A stretch of 62,366 nt of DNA, filler included. It is 4 parts of 4 records of this genome, joined end to end, with 100 filler letters (N's around TTAATTAATTAA, not from the genome) between each part and the next. Parts side by side here need not be neighbours in the genome. Positions count along the whole stretch, not along the records: positions 57,276 to 62,366 come from SRR22947725_3630; 3 more parts are not named here. One strand, 5' to 3'. The first letter of the stretch is position 1. Each line of letters begins with the position of its first letter. The position numbers and the translations under genes are program-made. Positions 59,807-62,366 of the stretch are shown piece by piece. Below the pieces are notes generated by a model that did no database searches, had not been told where the DNA came from, and was given only the letters and a program-made list of their open reading frames with translations.

Positions 59807-60556
59807 TTAAGCGTTAGATGATTCTTTCACAGCAACATGCCATATGATTAAACCAAATAGAATCTTGTTAACAAAGTCAGCAAGGTTATAAATTAAGTTT
59901 AAGTTTAAGGCTGATCCGCCGTCACCCATTAGGTAACCAGTAAAGTACCCAAGAGGATAAATAGCCCAACCAATGATAATAATATACATCATTGTGTTGT
60001 ATGCTGATTGAACAGCTGGACTTGCAGTATTACATGCAGATTTTCCTTCTCCAGCCCATAGCTCATAAATCATATAGAACCAAGCTAAACATCCAACAAT
60101 GAATGCAGGCCAAGCTGCCATAATTCCTGCTTCGCCCATATAACCAAATACAAGCATTACAAGAGAACCAACTAAAAGCTTCTTAAATAAAGAACCAGCA
60201 ACATTAGTTGCAGCTGCAAGAATCAGATAAAACTCACATATTAATAAAGGCACTGTAAGTAGCCAGTCAATATATCTGAATACAGTTGGTGATTCACCAG
60301 TTTCAACCCAAACACCTCTCATGTACATGTAATGCCAGAAAGCAATACCAGTAACTAGACCAGATACTGTTAAAGATGTCTTCCACTTAGCAGCAACTCT
60401 GTCTCTTTCAATAAAGAAAAATACAGTTGAAGCCAAAAGAGCTGCAGTCACTAACCAAAAACTAACACCAGTGTAATCACTAGCATCAAGGTCGCCGCCA
60501 CCAGCTGCAAATGAAGGAAGCGCGATAACACTACCTAAGATTAATAAAAATTTCAT
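59807..60556 (-). CDS. Green-absorbing proteorhodopsin (DTE proton pump), SAR86-type
   Basis: FWHY (H75), RYIDWLLTVPLLICE (D97/T101/L105/E108) and DFVNK (retinal Lys). Nearly identical to canonical GPR as recalled. Confidence 0.97.
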   Translation of the reverse strand: MKFLLILGSVIALPSFAAGGGDLDASDYTGVSFWLVTAALLASTVFFFIERDRVAAKWKTSLTVSGLVTGIAFWHYMYMRGVWVETGESPTVFRYIDWLLTVPLLICEFYLILAAATNVAGSLFKKLLVGSLVMLVFGYMGEAGIMAAWPAFIVGCLAWFYMIYELWAGEGKSACNTASPAVQSAYNTMMYIIIIGWAIYPLGYFTGYLMGDGGSALNLNLIYNLADFVNKILFGLIIWHVAVKESSNA

Positions 60557-60743
60557 ATTAAACTCCTATTTATTTTATGAGTAATAATTTACTCCCCCGT
60601 TATATGAAGACTTAATGATATCTAAAAAATTAACTAGTATCAAATTTAAAAAAACTTTATTTTTAAGTGTTCTTGCAATTATTAGCATGTTGATGTTAGC
60701 GATTTACTGTTGCTTAAAAATTAATGTTTAGTATGATTTATTA

Positions 60744-61226
60744 ATGAGAGTAGCAATATATCCTGGTTCATTCGATCCCATTACATATGGTCACATGGAC
60801 ATCATAGATAGAGGCTGTGGTCTATTCGATAAAGTTGTAGTTGCTATAGCAAAGAGTGAGTCAAAAAATCCAATGTTTTCTTTAGAGGAAAGGATTAATC
60901 TTGCTTCTTCAATATACGAAGATAATGAAAAAGTTGAGGTGGTTGGATTTCCTAGAAAGCTAACTGTAGATTTGGCTAAAGATTATAGTGCTTGCGCCAT
61001 TATTAGAGGATTAAGGGCAGTTTCTGATTTTGAGTATGAATTTCAGCTTGCCACAATGAATAGATCCTTAGCTCCAGATATTGAAAGTATATTTTTAACA
61101 CCCAAGGAAAGCCTTATTTATGTTTCATCAAGCTTGATTAAAGAAATATCTGATTTAAAAGGAGATATTTCTAAATTTGTTCATCCAAAAGTAGAGCAGG
61201 CTCTTCGAGCAAAGTTAGAAACTTAA
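60744..61226 (+). CDS. coaD: Phosphopantetheine adenylyltransferase
   Basis: YPGSFDPITYGH, IIRGLRAVSDFEYE and VSSS. Confidence 0.97.
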   Translation: MRVAIYPGSFDPITYGHMDIIDRGCGLFDKVVVAIAKSESKNPMFSLEERINLASSIYEDNEKVEVVGFPRKLTVDLAKDYSACAIIRGLRAVSDFEYEFQLATMNRSLAPDIESIFLTPKESLIYVSSSLIKEISDLKGDISKFVHPKVEQALRAKLET

Positions 61227-62032
61227 CTTTGACAAGAAGGACAAGAAAAAGTAGCTCTTTTGTTGATATTTGCCTTGACGATTTTTCCTTTGCAATTTTT
61301 ACAATCTAAGCCCTCTCTGCCATAGACATTCAATTTAAATTTGAAATAACCAGGACTTCCATCAGCAGAGTAAAAATCTTTTAAAGTTGTTCCACCTACC
61401 TTTATGGCGGCATTCAAGATTTTTTTTGATGACCTTACAATTTTTTCACAATCTTTAAGTGTTAATTCAAAAGAATTTTTAAAAGGACAAATTTTTGCAA
61501 GATAAAGTGTTTCAGATGCATATATGTTACCAATACCAACAACATTTTTTTGATTCATTAGAAGAGTTTTAATATTTGTTTTAGACTTTAGGCATAAATC
61601 ATAAAGATATTCTGAATTAAAATCTTTCGACAAAGGTTCGGGGCCAAGATGGTTTATTAATCTATGCTCGTTGATATTTTTTGTTAGATGAATTGAGCCA
61701 AACCTTCTCGGGTCGTTGTATATAATTTTTTCATTCTCAAAAAGAAATTCTATGTGATCATGCTTAATAAAAAAATTGTCATTTTTACCAGCTATCCTGA
61801 GGCTGCCGGACATACCCAAATGCAAAATAAGCGAACACTTATCTAATTCAAATATAATATATTTTGCTCTTCTTCTAAGATCTCTGACTATTTGATTTTT
61901 TGAATCTTTCTCGAGATTTTTATTTACTTCCCATCTTAAATTTCTATTATAAATATTGATATTTATCAGGCGTTGATTTTTGAATTTTTCGATTGCCCTG
62001 AGGGTTGTCTCAACCTCTGGAAGTTCGGGCAT
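61223..62032 (-). CDS. mutM: Formamidopyrimidine-DNA glycosylase
   Basis: MPELPEVE, RRAKY, HLGMSG, DPRRFG, GIGNIYASE and a C-terminal zinc finger. Confidence 0.97.
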   Translation of the reverse strand: MPELPEVETTLRAIEKFKNQRLININIYNRNLRWEVNKNLEKDSKNQIVRDLRRRAKYIIFELDKCSLILHLGMSGSLRIAGKNDNFFIKHDHIEFLFENEKIIYNDPRRFGSIHLTKNINEHRLINHLGPEPLSKDFNSEYLYDLCLKSKTNIKTLLMNQKNVVGIGNIYASETLYLAKICPFKNSFELTLKDCEKIVRSSKKILNAAIKVGGTTLKDFYSADGSPGYFKFKLNVYGREGLDCKNCKGKIVKANINKRATFSCPSCQS

Positions 62033-62038
62033 AGGATA

Positions 62039-62365
62039 TTATTTTAATAGGCTGTTAATTCTAACAAGATCACCAGGAGTGATTGTACCCGACGCTAAAG
62101 CTAATTTAAGATTAGATAAAATATAATCATATTTTGCATTTGCTAGATTTTTTTCAGCACTGTAAAGATTTTTTTCAGCTTGTAACAGGTCAACAACATT
62201 TCTGGTACCAACTTTATAGCCGACTTGAGTTGCTTCCAAAGCACTAGTTGCTGAAATAACTGCTTGTTTTTGAGCAGTCACATTAGCAACAAGTGTTAAA
62301 ACATTAGAAAATTCAGATCTAACCTCTTGAATAATTCGTCTCTGAGTGAAGAGAGTGTTTTCATT
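62039..62365 (-). CDS. tolC: TolC outer membrane protein, C-terminal fragment; 5' truncated
   Basis: SALEATQVGYKVGTRNVVDLLQAE...AKYDY. The frame is open to the window end. Confidence 0.88.
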   Translation of the reverse strand, partial: NENTLFTQRRIIQEVRSEFSNVLTLVANVTAQKQAVISATSALEATQVGYKVGTRNVVDLLQAEKNLYSAEKNLANAKYDYILSNLKLALASGTITPGDLVRINSLLK

Positions 62366-62366
62366 C

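Overview
The window is not one locus. It joins four unrelated, apparently marine, contigs with 100-bp artificial linkers (N44-TTAATTAATTAA-N44 at 31346-31445, 36823-36922 and 57176-57275). Contig A (1-31345, probably alphaproteobacterial) is a large surface-polysaccharide cluster: GT2/GT4 glycosyltransferases, methyltransferases, Wzx, Wzy/WaaL, two AsnB amidotransferases and PglC/D/E/F-like genes. It contains a tightly coupled acyl-tailoring module (AAC(3)-fold acyltransferase, split transketolase, ACP, AMP-ligase, LuxE, LuxC, FabZ, GMC oxidoreductase with small partner, SDR) and no ketosynthase. Contig B (31446-36822, Roseobacter-like) has a TmoXWV-type TMAO ABC transporter divergent from a partial soxB/mgdA gene. 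Contig C (36923-57175, possibly PVC/Verrucomicrobia) begins with the 3' end of an RTX-repeat protein that the ORF track missed and that ends in a DUF642-like beta-sandwich. Directly after it is a complete NHLM/NHLP bacteriocin-type exporter (HlyD, C39-peptidase ABC with intact triad, second ABC, TolC, cNMP-binding protein) with no visible peptide precursor or maturase. Then come mqo, an upp-deoA-cdd/deoC-ALDH16 nucleoside cassette and a giant secreted hypothetical protein. Contig D (57276-62366, SAR86-like) has an acyl-CoA dehydrogenase, an SDR, green proteorhodopsin, coaD, mutM and a partial tolC. The two best candidates for undescribed systems are the bacteriocin-type exporter apparently paired with an RTX/lectin cargo, and the ketosynthase-free acyl module in the glycan locus. 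All family assignments come from motif recognition by eye; no database searches were run.
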